Assembly (NCBI GenBank): GCA_963727825.1
Contig: CAVSHO010000001.1
Location: forward strand, 384,001-448,000
Direction of reading: 5' to 3'
From: Ignavibacteriota bacterium
GTDB lineage: Bacteria > Bacteroidota > Ignavibacteria > UBA10030
DNA: 64,000 bases
Below are positions 63,676 through 64,000 of the stretch, piece by piece. Position 1 is the stretch's first letter. Each line of letters begins with the position of its first letter. Position numbers and translations under genes: made by a program. The notes beneath the pieces were generated by a model. The model did no database searches and was not told the origin of the DNA. It saw only the letters and a list, made by a program, of their open reading frames with translations.

Positions 63676-64000
63676 TGCATGCTGTTATTCTTGCTGCCGG
63701 TATAGCTTCCCGATTAAGACCGTTGACTGATTCCACTCCCAAATGCCTGCTCAGGGTAAAAGATAAACCAATCCTTGGCTTGATGATTGAAAATCTTTGT
63801 TTATCAGGAATTGAACATATTGTTTTAGTGACAGGGTATCTTGAAGATCAAATTCATCGTTTTATCAAAGAAAATTACCCGGCAGTTAATGTGACATTTA
63901 TTTCCAACGAACTGTTTGCCTCAACTAACAATATCTATTCCCTATGGCTGGCTAAAGATATAGTAAAATCAATGGATTTCCTTCTGTTAGACGGGGATAT
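63675..64000 (+). CDS. Phosphocholine-cytidylyltransferase-like (LicC/NTP_transf_3) nucleotidyltransferase, 3'-truncated
   Basis: Not in the ORF track. ATG overlaps the upstream TAA; reads MHAVILAAGIASRLRPLTDSTPKCLL...VTGY...TNNIYSLWLA...LLLDGD to the window end. Confidence 0.88.
   Translation, partial: MHAVILAAGIASRLRPLTDSTPKCLLRVKDKPILGLMIENLCLSGIEHIVLVTGYLEDQIHRFIKENYPAVNVTFISNELFASTNNIYSLWLAKDIVKSMDFLLLDGD

Overview
Gene-dense, AT-rich bacterial window. Gene content and style suggest an Ignavibacteria-like/FCB-group genome (inference, not tested). 1-23.5 kb is mostly housekeeping and envelope genes: a TPR protein, obgE, dapL-dapF (DapF with Ser at both catalytic Cys positions), a KinB/AlgB-like kinase plus sigma54 activator read as one ORF, a STAS-exbB-exbD-exbD-tonB-PstS-like-TPR operon, a KimA-like APC transporter, terC, a cold-shock gene, a HAD hydrolase and eda. 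24-56 kb is a large signal-transduction island: response regulators and decayed paralogs, FIST + 10-PAS kinase + NarL-type regulator, an IS30 element, and a co-oriented chemosensory operon (cheW, sugar-binding protein, HEAT, cheR, cheY x2, cheZ-like x2, cheA, cheB, two kinases, MCP, second sugar-binding protein). That operon contains a HerA/DUF87 ATPase with no partner nuclease, next to a TPR/TerB-like response regulator; this is the best candidate for an undescribed system. 56-61.4 kb has pilC/pilB and atypical pilin-like genes. 61.7-64 kb has a PLP enzyme, a CDP-alcohol phosphotransferase and a cytidylyltransferase. Four genes, and possibly a fifth junction, carry single +1 insertions that look like sequencing errors. 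No rRNA, tRNA or CRISPR array was seen.
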